Notes: a model not told the origin generated them from the letters alone. A stretch of 64,000 bases of DNA from Stegostoma tigrinum (GCF_030684315.1 NC_081374.1:43488201-43552200); one strand, 5' to 3'; positions 13,081 through 26,835 are shown, counted from the first letter of the stretch. Translations and numbers: made by a program.

Positions 13081-14029
13081 GACAGGAGCACAGAAAGATA
13101 ATCAGAATTAAAACTAAGACAACAAACAAAGAGGGAAAAAAAGATCAACAACTGTCGGAGGCAATTGCAAAATGGAAAATAATGGAAAGAATATGTTTAT
13201 GGCAAGGTAAAAGAACTGAAATAAAATAGGGATGCAGAAGATAAAGCTAGAGATTTATTTCCTACTATGGCCTTAAGATGTTGCTTGAAAATTACTCAGT
13301 GTGCAACATGGCAAAGCATTTTAAAAAATGGCCGGAGTCACAAATTTCTAGACCAATCATTTTTGGCGTGCGTGGCTTTTCCGGGTTATGTTTTTGATTG
13401 AATGTTTAATTGAGAAAAAGGAATCCCGTTTAATTCTACAGACCTGGTTTTATTGTAAATAATCACAAGGCTTATTTCACAAATGTGAAAATCAAGAGGT
13501 CTTTCTGGTGTCAAACTTGCTACAATTCCAAGTGTGCTGCTGAATACAGTACTTGCTTCAACTTTCATTTAATGATCTACCAAGAGTTATTAGCCTGTAG
13601 TTTTACCAGCACCTGAGTACCAAGTATTCAGTCATTTATGCAAAAGACCATGACTTACTCACCACTGTGATGTGAGAGAGACATGTGTCTCTTAATTATG
13701 AAAGAATGGCAGGTGAGAAACCATCATATGATCTCCCTTTGGTCTCATAAAATAATCATTTAGTTTTACTTTGCCAAATGTTTCAGATAAAATTTAGAAG
13801 TAAGCACACTAAGGGTGTTGTTCACTTTAACACTATTTGCCGACGGCATAAACAAAATGTCTTGACGTCCATTCAACCCAAACTTGAAGACAAAGAAAAT
13901 AAACAGAACAATAGTTCAGTAGTAACATCCAAATTGCTTAAATGAATTTACCAAACACAGTCCTATTTAACTATAACATGAAACAATGCTGACTAAAGCC
14001 TCACTGAAGAAATTATAGACCACTGGTAT

Positions 14030-14330
14030 TTGACAGTGATTTGAACCGGGAGACCAATGGTCGGGTGATGGCAGTTCAAATTTCAACATAGCAAATGGGG
14101 AAGTTAGATTTGGATTAAAACTTGGAAAAAAAGAGGTGAGGTACTATAGGTTGTTGCAGAAACCCAACTGATGCACTCATGTTCTCCAGTCATGGGAATC
14201 TGCTGTCCTTACCAAGTCTGGCCTACATGTGACTGTAGAACATTTTACCAACTCTTAAATGGCCTGTGAAATGGGCAACTCAAAATAGGCAGTCCTTGCA
14301 CCAGTAATATTCACATCCATGAGCAAGTAT
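14030..14330 (+). mobile_element. SINE family 2, degenerate
   Basis: gttcaaatttcaacatagcaaatgg...tctgctgtccttaccaagtctggcctacatgtgact; homologous to the reverse complement of 31372-31703. Confidence 0.6.
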
Positions 14331-15751
14331 TTGAAAATGTTCCTGACAATTAACCATAGTAAGTTTGAGATAAAAGTAGCACATTTCTCGAAGACTTTCA
14401 AGTGAAAACCTATGTAAATGTGAACACTGTAGTAGAAATATTCAACAGCCCTGGCAGCTTGTGTTTAAGGTCAGCGATCCATCAAGTTCAGTTTCTCTCT
14501 ACATATTCTGCCGGATTCAAACAACTCTAAATTTTCTATTTTAGATATCTACCACCCACAGTACTGCAGTTATAGGGGCAAGTGAACAGCAATGGCCAAT
14601 GCTACTGTTTGCCAGACATTCTATATGTATACAATAATCAGAGTGAATCAAATGAGTTTGTAAAAAAAAAATGAAAATTCAACACTTTAAAAGCTTTCAC
14701 TCTGCATTGTTGAAAAGGGAGTAAATATTTTACAGCAATGCCTGCACTATACTCAAATTAAATGCAGGTGCAAAAACTCCAAATGGGCACAGGTGTACCT
14801 TTGTCAGACAGCTCAAGCGAATTCTTTCAACTGGCTTCCTCTCAACTGCCAAGCTTACAGTAACTGTTTTATTGTGCATACCAACTTTAAAGTAATATAT
14901 CCTAAGGTGCAATGGCATTGTTAGTACTCAGTACATATCTTAACCATCCTTCAGTGCATACACCCCACAGTAGAAAAATTGCAATGTAGAATTACCAAGA
15001 CAACAGAGGTAATGAGAGGAACTTGTGATGGCTTATTTTAAAAACTTGGGATTTATCCAGTGTAACACAAAGCTGCAAAAATCAATTGAAAGTATTAAAA
15101 TTATGAAGGGTTTAAAAGAAGTAGGTAGTAAGAGATTATTTCCAAAGATCAATTTGTGTGAAAGCCAAAGTTAAAGAAAATTCACTAGCACAAAACGCAA
15201 TATAGAATAGAATACTCATAGTTAGTGAAATCTAATCAGTTATAATAATTAAATCCCCATGTGCCCCAGAATGCAAGTTTTCTGCAGTTAGTTATGCCTT
15301 TTCCATGGGCAATCCTGGCAGCCACCAAATTTACTAAGCAAATGGTAGAAGTACACTTTGTTGGTTCAGTCACAACGCAATATCGTTATTTAATCTATTC
15401 CATACATCCTGACCTCTGTACCAGAGCAATAACTAGGAAATCCCAATGTATAACTGACTTACAGGCAGATAAATCATGAGTGTCTCATTTATTTGCCTTT
15501 AGTGAGCCAAACTGCAATGGTAAAAATACTTTGATAGGTGAATATTTTTAGTACTACTACTGGTAAGGTAGCAAGTACTTTGGAGAAAAAGATATGGATC
15601 ATAGTCAAAGTAGATCACTATCATTGTTCTGGTGTTGAATTCTTGAATCCACCTGCATGCTTTGTTTTCAATAACACTTAATATCCTTGCCTATCAAAAG
15701 CAGCATCAACCCTAAATTATGAATTTTTCAGCGTCAGCGCCTTATTAGACA

Positions 15752-16632
15752 ATAAGAAAAAGGAAGGAGTACGCCACTTGGCCTTTTGAGCCTCCAGCAG
15801 AGTTCAGTAAGATCATAGCTGATTCGGCATTCCTCAAGTCCATTTTCATGCCCTTTCACAGCAACCCTCGATTCCCTACTGATAATTTACCTGTCTCAGC
15901 CTTAAATATATGCAAGGACTCTGCCACTACTGCTCTCCGACAAGGAGTTCCAAAGACTGACAACTCAAGAGAATAAATTCTTCCTCATCTCCGTCTTAAA
16001 TCAGCATTTCTTTGTTCTGAGATCACGCCCTCCGAATCACGACTCTCCCATGAAGGGAAACATCCTCTCAGCATTCAGCTTGTCAAGCTCCTCAACATTC
16101 CGATATGTTTCGATGAGATTACCTAAACTCCGGTGAGTCGAGTCTAAACCTGTTTAGCCTTTGCTTTAGGCAAACCATCCAGACCAGGGCTCATCCTAGT
16201 GAAAGTTCGCTGAACTGGCTCCAGTGAAATAACATCCTTCCTTAAATAAGGTGACCAAAACTCTTCACAGATCTGGTCTCATCAGCACCTTGTACAGTTA
16301 CAGTAAGACTTCGCGACTCTTGTATGCCAATCTCCTTGAAATGAGGGCCAACATTCCATTAGCCTTCTGATTATCTGCTGTATCAACGTGTCAGCTTTGT
16401 TTCAAGCACAATTATCTCCAAGTCCCTTTGAGTTACAGCTTCCTGTAGTTTTTATCCATTTAAATACCATTCTTTTGTTCTCCCTTCCGAAATGAACAAC
16501 TTCAGATTTTTCCACATTTTACTCCCTTTGCTAACTTTTTGCCCACTTCTTTAACCTAAGAATATCTCTAAACTATTTGTATTCCTCTCATACCTTGCCT
16601 TTCCAACTATTTTTCGGCTGTCTGCAAATTGG
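15752..16632 (-). mobile_element. CR1 LINE 3' fragment
   Basis: Degenerate RT C-terminus and 3' UTR; its 5' break is at the KFAD codons (gtctgcaaatt on +). Confidence 0.78.
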
Positions 16633-16735
16633 AACATACCAGTCCAAAGAAAGGAAAAACAGAGTTGTAATGTGGCAATCTTAAGCCATCCAAAAAGAAA
16701 AAAAAGGGCAAAAAAGGAAATAAAAAGGGTTGACC

Positions 16736-16830
16736 CTCTAAAGAAGGGTCTAGGCCCAAAACACCAGCTTTCCTGCTCCTCTGATGCCTGGCCTGCTGTG
16801 TTCGTCCAGCTCTACACTTTGTTATATCAG
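16736..16830 (+). mobile_element. Penelope-family pseudo-LTR fragment with decayed hammerhead-like core
   Basis: ctaaagaagggtctaggcccaaaacaccagctttcctgctcctctgatg...ctctacactttgttatatc matches 62768-62860; lacks the terminal ~35-nt tail. Confidence 0.8.
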
Positions 16831-17659
16831 GAAAAAAGGCTTTAGTTTTCTAGTAGGATAAAGCCTGCTGGATTGTTTAAACTTTCCTGCTTATAGCTTC
16901 GTGATTCTAGGTTCACATTTCAAAATGCTCTCAAAGCTGATGGCTACGAACATTGTCTACGCTACCAATCAGCACTACAACAACTTGCACACAGCAACAT
17001 TAACATAGGCCATGTTCCAAAATACTTCGATGGCCGACAAAATCTGGCAGCAATCCCTGTGGAAATATTAAGATAGAGGACCAAAACCTTCAAACAGATA
17101 GGTTTCAAGTTGACCCACAGGACAGGTGTCGAGATTTAAGGGAAGAATTTCAACCCTTACGCAGTTGAAAGCATAGCTGTCAACAGGGGAGAAGGTGGTA
17201 ACTGGAGAAACCTTGGATGATATATCGAAGTGCATAGAGATCAGAGGGTGGTAGAGGTGGAAAAGGTTTCAGAGCTAGGACAGGGAAGGTCAGAATGGAG
17301 TTGAACCCCTGGGTGACAACTTAAACGTCAAAGCCATTCCAGAATAAAATGTCGATCAGCCAGCAATGGGTGATGTGACTGGGCCAGAGAGGGTGATGAG
17401 GAAGAGAAACAGCACCAAGATATGAATACATTCATAATTCACAACTGTTTGGGTATTTTTGAATTGAACCATTTAATAGTTGTTATGGTGCGAGTGAGTC
17501 ATTGAGCAAGTGCCAACTTTGCTTGCAGGCTTTCCAGAGGTCGGAGTGCAACCACCCTCTCTCAGTTCTGTGACAAATTGCAACTGAAATTTAAGAAGTT
17601 CTTGTTAGGTACCTTCTAAATTCAAAGACACCTAGTCCCAGTTTGTCTCAAAGATAACA

Positions 17660-18700
17660 AACAGAATCTACTACCATATTGTAGAGGGGGGCCTTTGGCC
17701 CACTGAGGCTACACTGACAAAAACTACCCTAAATCCAGACTAGATCCACTCTCCCATATTTGACCCATTGCCTTGAATTTCACGAAATTTCAAATGCTCG
17801 TCAGATACTTTTTAAAAGGTTGTGAGGTTTCCTGCCTCAACTATGCCCTCAGGCAATCCAGGTTCACACTGCCCTCTGGATGGAAGATCTTTCCTCAAAT
17901 CTGCTCTAAACCTCCCATTCTTCACCTGCTTTCTATCCACCTTGTTCATGCTCCCTTATAATCTTACATACCTCAGGTTCTGCACGCTCTCTAGTTCAAA
18001 ACATATCCGTTCAATATTGTGGTGACCCCAACTGCATACAATACTTCAGCTGTGGACTATGCAAAGAATTGTACAGCTCTATTATAGCACAGATTATAAC
18101 AGGAGAAAGACTATGACTCATAAAGCAAGTGATCTGCATGCCCTCTGAACTACGCTATTAATCTGTCCTGCTACAGTCAAAATTCTATGGACAAGCATCC
18201 TAAGATCCCGCTGAGCTTTCTAGTGTCCTGCTAATCAGTAAGTACTTTATTGTCTTGTTCCTTCTTCCAAACTGTCTCACCTCACATTTATCTGCCTTGA
18301 TCAGCCCTTCTGACTAATCCATCTATATTCTCCTGTATCCGAAGAGAAACCATCTTCCACTGCCAACCACCTGGCCAATTTTCATGCCATCCGCAAACTT
18401 TCTCATCAACCCTCACATTTTCTTCCAAGTGATATATATGTTGTGTGTGTGTTATTTATAATATTCTTATTTATATATGATTCTGATATGTGCCTCTGGG
18501 CACACCTCCAGTCAAGCAAACTGCCTTCCACTGCCATCGTCTGTCTCCAACCACCAAGCCAATTTTGGATCCAATTTGCCAAGTCACCCTGCATCCCATG
18601 TGCTTTTATCTTTGTTCTTAGTCTCACATATGGGACATTGTCAGAGGCTTTGCTAAAATCCATGTAAACTACATCAACCACTCTACCCTCATCCAAAATT
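17660..18700 (-). mobile_element. CR1 LINE fragments
   Basis: ORF 18406..18753 contains VDVVYMDFSKASDNVP and LANWIQNWL; degenerate 3' part to the left. Confidence 0.78.
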
Positions 18701-19379
18701 CTGCTCCTCCACAAGTTACGTGATCTTGTATAACCAAAGGAACACGATTCCAATTTTCCTTACAGTTGCAAAACCAAAACTATTTTCCACTATACTGTCT
18801 ATTTCCTTTTTTTATTTCCAGATAAACACAGCCCATGTATATTTCCACCTTGAAAGGATGAAACACCATTTCTGTATGTGTTTCATCACAGAACATACAT
18901 GCCAAATTCAAGAGCACACAAAAAAATTGTTTATTCAGGCTCATTCATTTATGCAGATTTGATACAAGTTTGTCATGTCCCTTAAGTTTTCCAATCATAC
19001 CAGAACTATTACATTTTTGATAATGAATCGGCAATAAAAATTATGGCTAACTCTTATGCAAGGTTGAATTAACCAGCTCCATCAAAATCATGTCATTCTC
19101 GCTTTTAAATTTCCCAAAAAAGATCACGTGATTATAGTCAGTATATCATCATTCCTTTTTTAGCATTATGATACATGGACAGACTGCCAAATCAAATTCA
19201 GCCTTACTGCAGTGTTCACAATACAGAGAAAATAAAATATTCAATTCAATGACCCTCAATATTGACCCCAATGGTTCTTAGCCAGATGTTTTGAATAACC
19301 AGCACCAAGAACTTTGTGAAGAACCAATACCAAACACATTTGCTGCTTAAACGAAAGATTTGTTTACTGATAATACAGT

Positions 19380-20330
19380 AGCTTTAGTTGAGTTAAAGCT
19401 CACAGTTAAACAAAAAGTAACCTAATTAATGTCTATGATTTAAAGCCAACCTTCTTTGATCACAGCCCCTATTCACATAAAGGCAGGCTCCCATCAGTTA
19501 AGGGATGAATCAAAAGGAAATAATAAGCACAATGTAACTAGTCAGTTCATTTCAGCAGTCTCCACCATCCCATTAACATAAATGGTCATGATGGACTTAA
19601 GCTTCAAATTGTTTAAGAACAAGTCACAGTGTTGAGTCTCCTTTTCCACTGAAGCACTCTTCTCAAGCATCTGCAATTTCTTCGAAATTTGATGTATCGT
19701 TGGCAGTAAGACCGTACCAGCTGCCAAGTCACAAGCATTAATTGCTATTTTAAAAGACTTAGTAACATCAAACGCAACCAAGACTGGATTTGGATTGCCT
19801 TCAGCTTTCCAAAAACAATTAGGCACTCTTGACCAGATCACATTTGCCTATTTGCACAATAAATCTGTTCAAGGTGCAGTGCTGTTTCTGACAAAAAACA
19901 CGTATCCCCAGAAATTTTATGATTTCTCATTTGATTTTATGAGTAAGGAATTCTATCAGTGTCCTCACTTTCTTGGCAATACTTGTTTTTGCCATAAGAT
20001 GTGCCCTGGTTAAGTTACTCCAGCTTTTGCAAACCGATTCTTGGCAAGCTTGAATATTTTTTCTAGTGGGCCCATCCAGTTGAGAAACTGACACCACTGG
20101 TGAACTCCAGCTGCTTTGCCTTGGTTCTACCTTGTGACTTTCTGTATTGAATCTCCAGTTCCACCTGAACATTTTTCTTCATACTGATTCCCCTATATCC
20201 ACATCAAGTCTGGTTAGCTCTGCATACCCTGATGTATTCCCTACAGATTCCTTCAGTAGCCTTACTAGATCTTCCCACGGTCTTCCGACAAGTATGAGAA
20301 AAGGTATATTTCTGTGGTCCGCAACATCAT
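19380..20330 (-). mobile_element. Degenerate Gypsy pol (RT/RNase H) remnant; probable gag remnant at ~21760-22170
   Basis: ORF 19542..19841 has PVLVAFDVTKSFKIAINACDLAAGTVLL and SVEKET, resembling the Gypsy RNase H-like motif PVL..PDFSKPF.L..DAS..G.GAVL and YS..EKE. Confidence 0.65.
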
Positions 20331-21730
20331 AGAGGCCAGTCTGCAACTATTTCATTTCGCTCCATGTGATATCAAGAAACAACTGGAGGCAATAGATGCT
20401 GCAAAGGCTACGGGTCCTGACAGCATTCCTGCATTGGTATTGAAGACTTGGCTTCAGATCTTATTACAGCTTTAGTTCAAACATGGATCAAAGAACTGAA
20501 TTCCAGAGATGCGATGTGAATGACTGCACTTGTCATTAAGGCCACATTTGACTGTGTGTGGCATAAAGAAACTCTAAATATAACTGGAGTCAGTGAGAAT
20601 AATCGAAAGGCTCTGCTGGTTGAGGTCAGTCATCTTAGTTCGAGGATGTCTATGCAGAACTTTTTCAGGGTAGCGTCTTTGGCCCACCAATAACTTTATT
20701 TTCAACTTGACATCTAAGGCCAATGGCCTACAGTAGCTTGTTTGCTGAGGACTTCACAACATTCAATACCGTTCGTGATCCTTAAGATACTGAAGCAGTC
20801 CATGCTCAAAAGCAGCATGACCTGGACAATACCTAGATTAAGGTGACCACGTAACATTCATGCCACCTAAGTGCTAGCCAATGATCACAGAATCAGACAA
20901 TCACACAAGTGCTGAAGCACGCTATTTTGACCCATCAAGTCAACACCAACCTTCCAAAGACCATCCCATCCAGACCTACCACTTATCCTATTCCTGTAAT
21001 TCTGCATTTCCCGTGTCTAATCTACCTTACCTACACATCCTTGGGCACCGTGGAAGAACAAGAGAGAATCTAACCACCACCCCTTTATATTCAATGGCAT
21101 GCCATCACTAAATTGCCCATTAACATCCTGGGAGTTAACACTGACCAGAAGCTGAACTGGACTGCCACATGTACTGTTGCTACAAGAGCAGGTGACAGGC
21201 TAGGAATTTTGCCCAGAGCAACTCACCGTCTCACCAAAGACTGTCCATCACATACAAGGCACAAGTCAGGAAGGTGATGAAAGTACTTTCCACTTGCCTG
21301 GTTGGTGCCCCAACTCTGAAGGCTTAACATCCAGGAACAAGTAGTCGGCTTCATTGGCACCAAATCCATCAACATTCACTTCCTCCAGCACCAAAACTCA
21401 GTAGCAATATTGTGCTACATGTATAAAACACACTGCAGAAATTCACTAAGGTTTCTTGAACCATACCTTCCAAAACCAAAACCACTATCATAGAGAAGGG
21501 CAAGGGCAGCAGATATACGGAAACACCACCATCTACAAGCTCCCCTCCAACCTACTCTATCCTGACTTGGAAATGTTTCACCATTCCTTCAATGTCGCTG
21601 GGTCAAAATCCAAGAACTTACTCACTAATGGCATTGTCCACCTATCTACACAAAATGGTCTATAACAGTTCAAAGTGGAAGCTCACCACAATCTTCTCAG
21701 GGGCAACTATGGATGGCCACATCCCTAGAT
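20330..21730 (+). mobile_element. LINE family 2, degenerate, apparently inserted into the Gypsy remnant; HE1 piece nested at ~20900-21060
   Basis: RT-like remnants (aaggctacgggtcctgacagcattcc, tttcagggtagcgtctttggccca) and a 3' end ggggcaactatggatggccacatccc shared with SINE family 2. Confidence 0.62.
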
Positions 21731-22327
21731 TTTTTTTTGGCAAAAATAAGAATCTTCTTCTACAATGGAAGTCTCTTTTTCGTTAATCTGCAGCAGAAAT
21801 TCTTTTCTCAATTCCTTCTCTTTGTCCCTTTCTTTCTCTTGAATCTCTAGTTACAGCCTTTTATATGTACTCTTTTCATCAAGTTTAAGTTCAATTTCCC
21901 CCTTTCATTTCAAGCTACTTTATTTGTATTGCCTTTAACTCAAGTGAATCCCCATTTAAAGTGCCTAGCTCCTTCCTGCATTTCGTGTAGTGCCAAATGC
22001 TGTCATTTTTCACAAAAGCATTATCTCTGCCTTCCTAGCTTTTGTAGGAAATTGCACTTTTAAATCTTTTACCAATTTGTTGGCCTTGGCTTTAGTCAAG
22101 TCTAAAATATAAGTCAGGGATTCCTGACTTATTTGGATAGTTTCTCTGATTCCAATGCCATCCTACTTAGTCATCAAATCATACAGTATAGAAGAGGCCC
22201 TTTGGCCATCGAGACTGCACCACGAAAAATATACTAGTCCCACTTTCTGCACTACACCCACAGCATTGAACATTGTAACACAGCGATCATCCTGTACATG
22301 AGGTTTCATGTGCCTCAACTGCCATGC

Positions 22328-22630
22328 GTGGCATGGTGGCTCAGTCAGTTCTTAGGACTGCTGCCTCACAGCACCAGAGACACGAGTTCAATTCCAACCT
22401 TGGCGAACTATGTGGAGTTTGCATGTTCTTAGTGTGTGCATGGGTTTCCTCTGGGTGCTCCCATTTCCTCCCGCAGAACAAAAATGTGCAGCTTAGGTGG
22501 AATAGCCATGCTAAATTTCTCAAAATGTCCAGGAAAGTGGATTAGCCATGGGGAATTGAGGATTACAGGGATATGTTAGGGTATGGGTCTGGGTGGAATG
22601 CTCTCCAGAGAGTTGGAGTGGACTTGATGT
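22328..22630 (+). mobile_element. HE1-like SINE
   Basis: ggcatggtggctcagt...gagttcaattcc...tgtggagtttgcatgttct. Confidence 0.82.
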
Positions 22631-22719
22631 GCATGAATGAGGTGGTGGGGTGGTTAAGGGGTGAGATGGGTGGAGGGCATGGGTGAACCAGCCAAACATG
22701 CACGTGCACACACACACAG

Positions 22720-22860
22720 GTTTTGAAGAGTCGTCAGTGGACTCGTAACATTAACATCTGCTTCATCTCCACAGATAAAGCAGCATCAGCTGAGGTTCAT
22801 CAAAAATTTGTTTTTGCTTGTTTCAGTTCACCAGCATCTGCAAACCTTTGTTTTATTTTA
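22720..22860 (+). mobile_element. Short element, hammerhead-like family B, degenerate
   Basis: ttgaagagtcgtcagtggactcgtaacattaac...ctccacagat...ccagcatctgca; homologous to 26795-26900. Confidence 0.5.
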
Positions 22861-22949
22861 CTACAGATAAGTATAATTTGTCCCAAGTGGTAAAAAAGGG
22901 AGATCATTTCGAAAAAAGTCACAAAGTTACATTAAGAGTTTCATGTTTA

Positions 22950-24090
22950 AAATGTGACCCCAGTTCCAAGCTCTCCCACAAGAGGAAACATTTTCACATC
23001 CACCCCACTGTGATACCCAAGAATCTATACATAACAATTTAGTCTCCTCTTATTCATCTCAGCTCCATAGGATACTAGCCTAGACCAATCTTTCCTAGAC
23101 CAATCGGCATCTCTCAGGCATCAGTCTAGTAAACCACCTCTGAACTGCTTCCAGTAGATACATGTCCTCCCCTAAATAAGACCAATAATGTACACAGTAT
23201 TTCAGATACAGTCACACCAATGTCGTGCATATCTGAAGCATAACCTTTACATTTTTCTATTCAATTCCCCTCTTAGTAAATTATCTCAGCTTTTCTACTT
23301 AATTACTGTATCTACATATAAACCTTGTGATTGATGCACTAGTTTCATGCAAATCTGTACTCTCACTATTCAGACATTATGGTCGTTCTTTCATTCTTCT
23401 CGGTCTAATTGGAGTTTCGCAATTTTCCGACGTGAAATTCCATTTTTGTTTCCCATTCGCTTGACTCATCTTTATCCCTTTCTAGCTTTCTTATATCCTC
23501 TTTAAAACTTATTTTTCTATCTTATTTAACAATGTGTCATATGCAAATTTGACAGCAATGCCTTTAGTCCTATATTCTAAGCTGTTTATGTAACATATAG
23601 GAACGCAAGGACCTAGCCCTGTGGCACCCTACTCGTTACATCTTACCAATCAGAAAATGATCGCCATTTAAGTCTACCGTTTCCTATTAGCCAGCCAATC
23701 ATCTATCCATGCCAATACGTTAATCTCAAAAGAGCCTGCATTTTTTCAAAATATTTAATGTGGCACATCAAATTATTTCTGTAAATCCTACTACAGTATA
23801 TCCACAATTTTTCCCATCAGTCAGAGCATGTTACTTCCTTAAACAACTCCAATCAAGTAGTTAAACACGATTTCCCTTTCATAAAACCATGTCAACCTTG
23901 ATCTTTCTTTAATCACTGCTGTAATGTCTTTAATCACAGTTTCTAATATATTCCCTTTGACAGTTAGCAGCTAACTAGTCTGTTTTTCCTGCCTTCTGTC
24001 CCTCCTGTTCATTGAACAAGAGTTATATTCGTAATCTTCCATTCTAATGTAAATTTTCACAAATCTAGGAACTTTTGGAAAGCCAAAACC
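22950..24090 (-). mobile_element. Old CR1 LINE fragment
   Basis: Degenerate RT sequence (acacagtatttcag, catatgcaaattt, acacgatttccctttcataaaaccatg on +). Confidence 0.65.
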
Positions 24091-25205
24091 AATATATCAA
24101 GTGTCTACACGGACTTTAGCAAAGTGTTCGACAACATTCCGCATGATAGACTGATTAGTAAGGTAAGATCATATGAGATCTGGGGAAGCTTATCAATTGG
24201 ATACAAAATTGGCTTGAAGATAGGAGACAGGGGGTGGTGGTGGTGGTGATGGAAGGTTGTTTTTTGGGTTAGAGGCCTGTAGCCAGCGGTGTGTCACAAG
24301 GATCATTTCTGGATCCACTGCTTTTTGTAATTTTATAAAATGATATGGATGTGAATAGAAAAGGTATGATTAGTATGCTTGCAGCTAACACCAACGTTGG
24401 TGGTATTGTGGACAGTGAAGATTATCTCAGAGTACAACGAGACTTGATCAGATGAGCCAAGGGTCTGAGCAGAGGCAGATGGAGTTTAATTTGGATAAAT
24501 GTGGGGTATTGCATGTTGATAATACAAACAAGGACAGGACTTATACAATTAATGGTAAGGCCCTGGGTAGTGTTGTAGAACACAGAACCCTAGAGGTTCA
24601 GATACATAATTCTTTGAAATGTGTATCACAAGTAGATAGAGGGGCTGAGGCAGTATTTACACACTTGTCTTTATTGCGCAGATCTTTAAGTAGAGGAGTT
24701 GAAAGTTATGTTGACGTTGTACAGGGTGTTGGTGAGGACTCATCTGGAGTATTGACAGCCGTTCTGGTTGCCCTGTCATAGGAAGGACATTATTAGAATG
24801 AAGAGGGTTCAGAATATACATACCAGGATGTTGCCGGGAATGGAGGGTTTGAGACATAAAAATAGACTGGAGCATAGGAGTTTGGGAAGTGACCTTATTG
24901 CAGTTTTATAAAATCATGACGGCATAGATAAGGTGAATGACAAGAGTCTTTTTCCTAGGATGGGGGTGTATCTTTAAAACGAGATGAGATGAGGGGCAAT
25001 TGTTTTTTAAAACGGTTGTTCATATGTGGAATGAACTGGCAGAGAAAGTGGTGGCTGCAGTTACAGTTACAACAATGAAAGGCATTTGGATAAGTTCATG
25101 AATAAGAAAAGTTTGGAGGGATATGGACAAAGCACAGAGAAGCGAGACTAGTTTAGCATGAGCACATGATTAGAATGGGCTGGTTCCATGCTATATGATT
25201 CTATG
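24090..25205 (+). mobile_element. CR1 (HER1-like) LINE 3' part
   Basis: gtctacacggactttagcaaagtgttcgacaacattccgcatg (YxDFSKxFDxVPH); ORF 24452..24781 MEFNLDKC; tail ctatatgattctatga. Confidence 0.85.
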
Positions 25206-25297
25206 AATGGCAGAGAGAGTTTAATTTAGGTAAATTTGTGGTCTTGCATTTTGGTAAAGCAAATCAGGGCATGACGTATTTACAGTTAAAATGGTAG

Positions 25298-26064
25298 TGA
25301 GATGTTAATGGGTGTTAATGACAGAAAGGCTGTCAGTACTCCAGAAGAGTCCTCACCAACACCCTGTACAATGTCAACATAACTTTCAACTCCTCTACTT
25401 AAAGATCTGAGCAATAAAGACAAGTGTGTAAATACTGCCTCAGCCCCTCTATCTACTTGTGATACAAATTTCAAAGAATTATGTATCTGAACCTCTAGGG
25501 TTCTGTGTTCTACAACACTACCCAGGGCCTTACCATTAATTGTATAAGTCCTGTCCTAGTTTGTATTATCAACATGAATTTTTATGCTCCTCCTCTCCTC
25601 ATACAGGGGTATGTGAACACTGTCTCAACTTCCTGCATGAATAGGATTGGGTGTGCAACATCTGTAAACACAAAAAGCATTAAGTTCTGTAATCTTTATG
25701 GCTCTACCCACCCTGCTGCCTACCCCTCTTTCTGCTGAAATGGCCAGGTCAGTGACCTTTGGCCAGGCAGTTGTCACCACTTGAAATCGTATCCTGTCGT
25801 TATCATACACTTCATGACAGTCAAAGCTGTATCCTGTTCTCAGATGTAGTACTTGTTTTGAATCTGTCAATTCCAAGGGTATACAGGGACTGTTCCCTGT
25901 TCGGAGAGAATCGCTCACGATACGCAGTACTCTATGCCGGGTTGCGTACAGCAATCTTCCGCAGCTTGTATCTGCTTAAAAATAAAGGATTGTGTTTTTG
26001 TAACCAGGTCAGTGTCTTGCTCTTGGATCAAGTCCGTGAGGGTCTCTGAAAAACGAACCTAACT
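25298..26064 (+). mobile_element. Solo-LTR-like insertion with 4-bp TSD GTAG, containing a 255-bp templated insert
   Basis: GTAG at 25294-25297 and 26065-26068; starts TGAGATG; AATAAA at 25981; ends gaacctaact, similar to the end gaacccaaca of the LTR-like element at 50936. Confidence 0.6.
25322..25576 (-). repeat. Inverted near-identical copy of 24512-24766
   Basis: 255 bp reverse complement with about 7 mismatches by eye; shares the local CR1 copy's private decay mutations. Confidence 0.92.
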
Positions 26065-26797
26065 GTAGAGCCTGGGGAGTTTTGCCAAACAAAGAGACCC
26101 AGGTGTGCAGGTGCATAATTCCTTCTAAGTGGAGTTGCAAATAGACAGGGTGGTGAAGGTGGCATTTGGCATGCTTGCCTTCATTATTCATAACATTGAG
26201 TATAGAAGTTGGGATGTCATGTTACGGCTGTACAGGGCATTCATTAGGCCTCTTCTGGGGTATCATGAGCTGTTCCGGTCGCCCTGTTACAGGAAGAATA
26301 TTATTAATCTGAACAGGGTTCAGAAAATATTAACCAGATTGTTGCTGGGAATGGAGGGTTTGAGATATAAGAATAGACTGGAGCAAAGGAGTTAACTGCA
26401 CAATTCTGGTCACCCTTCTAGAGGGAGAATGTTGTTAAACCTGACAGGGTTCAGAAGAGATTTGAGGATGTCTTACAAGGATGTTACTGGAACTGATGGG
26501 TTTCAGCTAGAGAGAGCTGAATAGACTGGGCCTCTTTTCCCCTGGAGCAGAGATTGAGGGGTGACCTTATCGAGGTTTATAAAATCACGACGGGCATGGA
26601 TAGGGTGAATAGACACAATCTTTTTCCTCAGGTGGGGGAGTCCAAACATGAATACATAGGCTGAAGGTGAGATCGGAAAGATTTTAAAAGCACCTGAAGG
26701 GTAAACCTTTTCACATGAGGGTGATGCACGTGTGAAACAAGCTTCCTTCATCTCCTATAGTGAAGACCAATACAAGCTCCCCCTTCAATTATTTAGA

Positions 26798-26835
26798 CAG
26801 TTCTGAAGATGGGTCACTGGACCCAAAACATTAAC
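26798..26835 (+). ncRNA. Minimal hammerhead-ribozyme-like motif (family B), GAAA decayed to AAAA
   Basis: CAGUU-CUGAAGA-U-GGGUC-ACUG-GACCC-AAAAC-AUU-AAC: CUGAnGA box, perfect 5-bp stem II, and a short stem I (GUU/AAC). Confidence 0.55.

Larger units (their letters stand above)
25205..26750 (+). mobile_element. CR1 LINE fragment interrupted at 25298-26064
   Basis: CR1 sequence breaks after aatggtag (25297) and resumes at gtagagcctggggag (26065); ORF 26129..26395 is an RT C-terminus. Confidence 0.8.
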
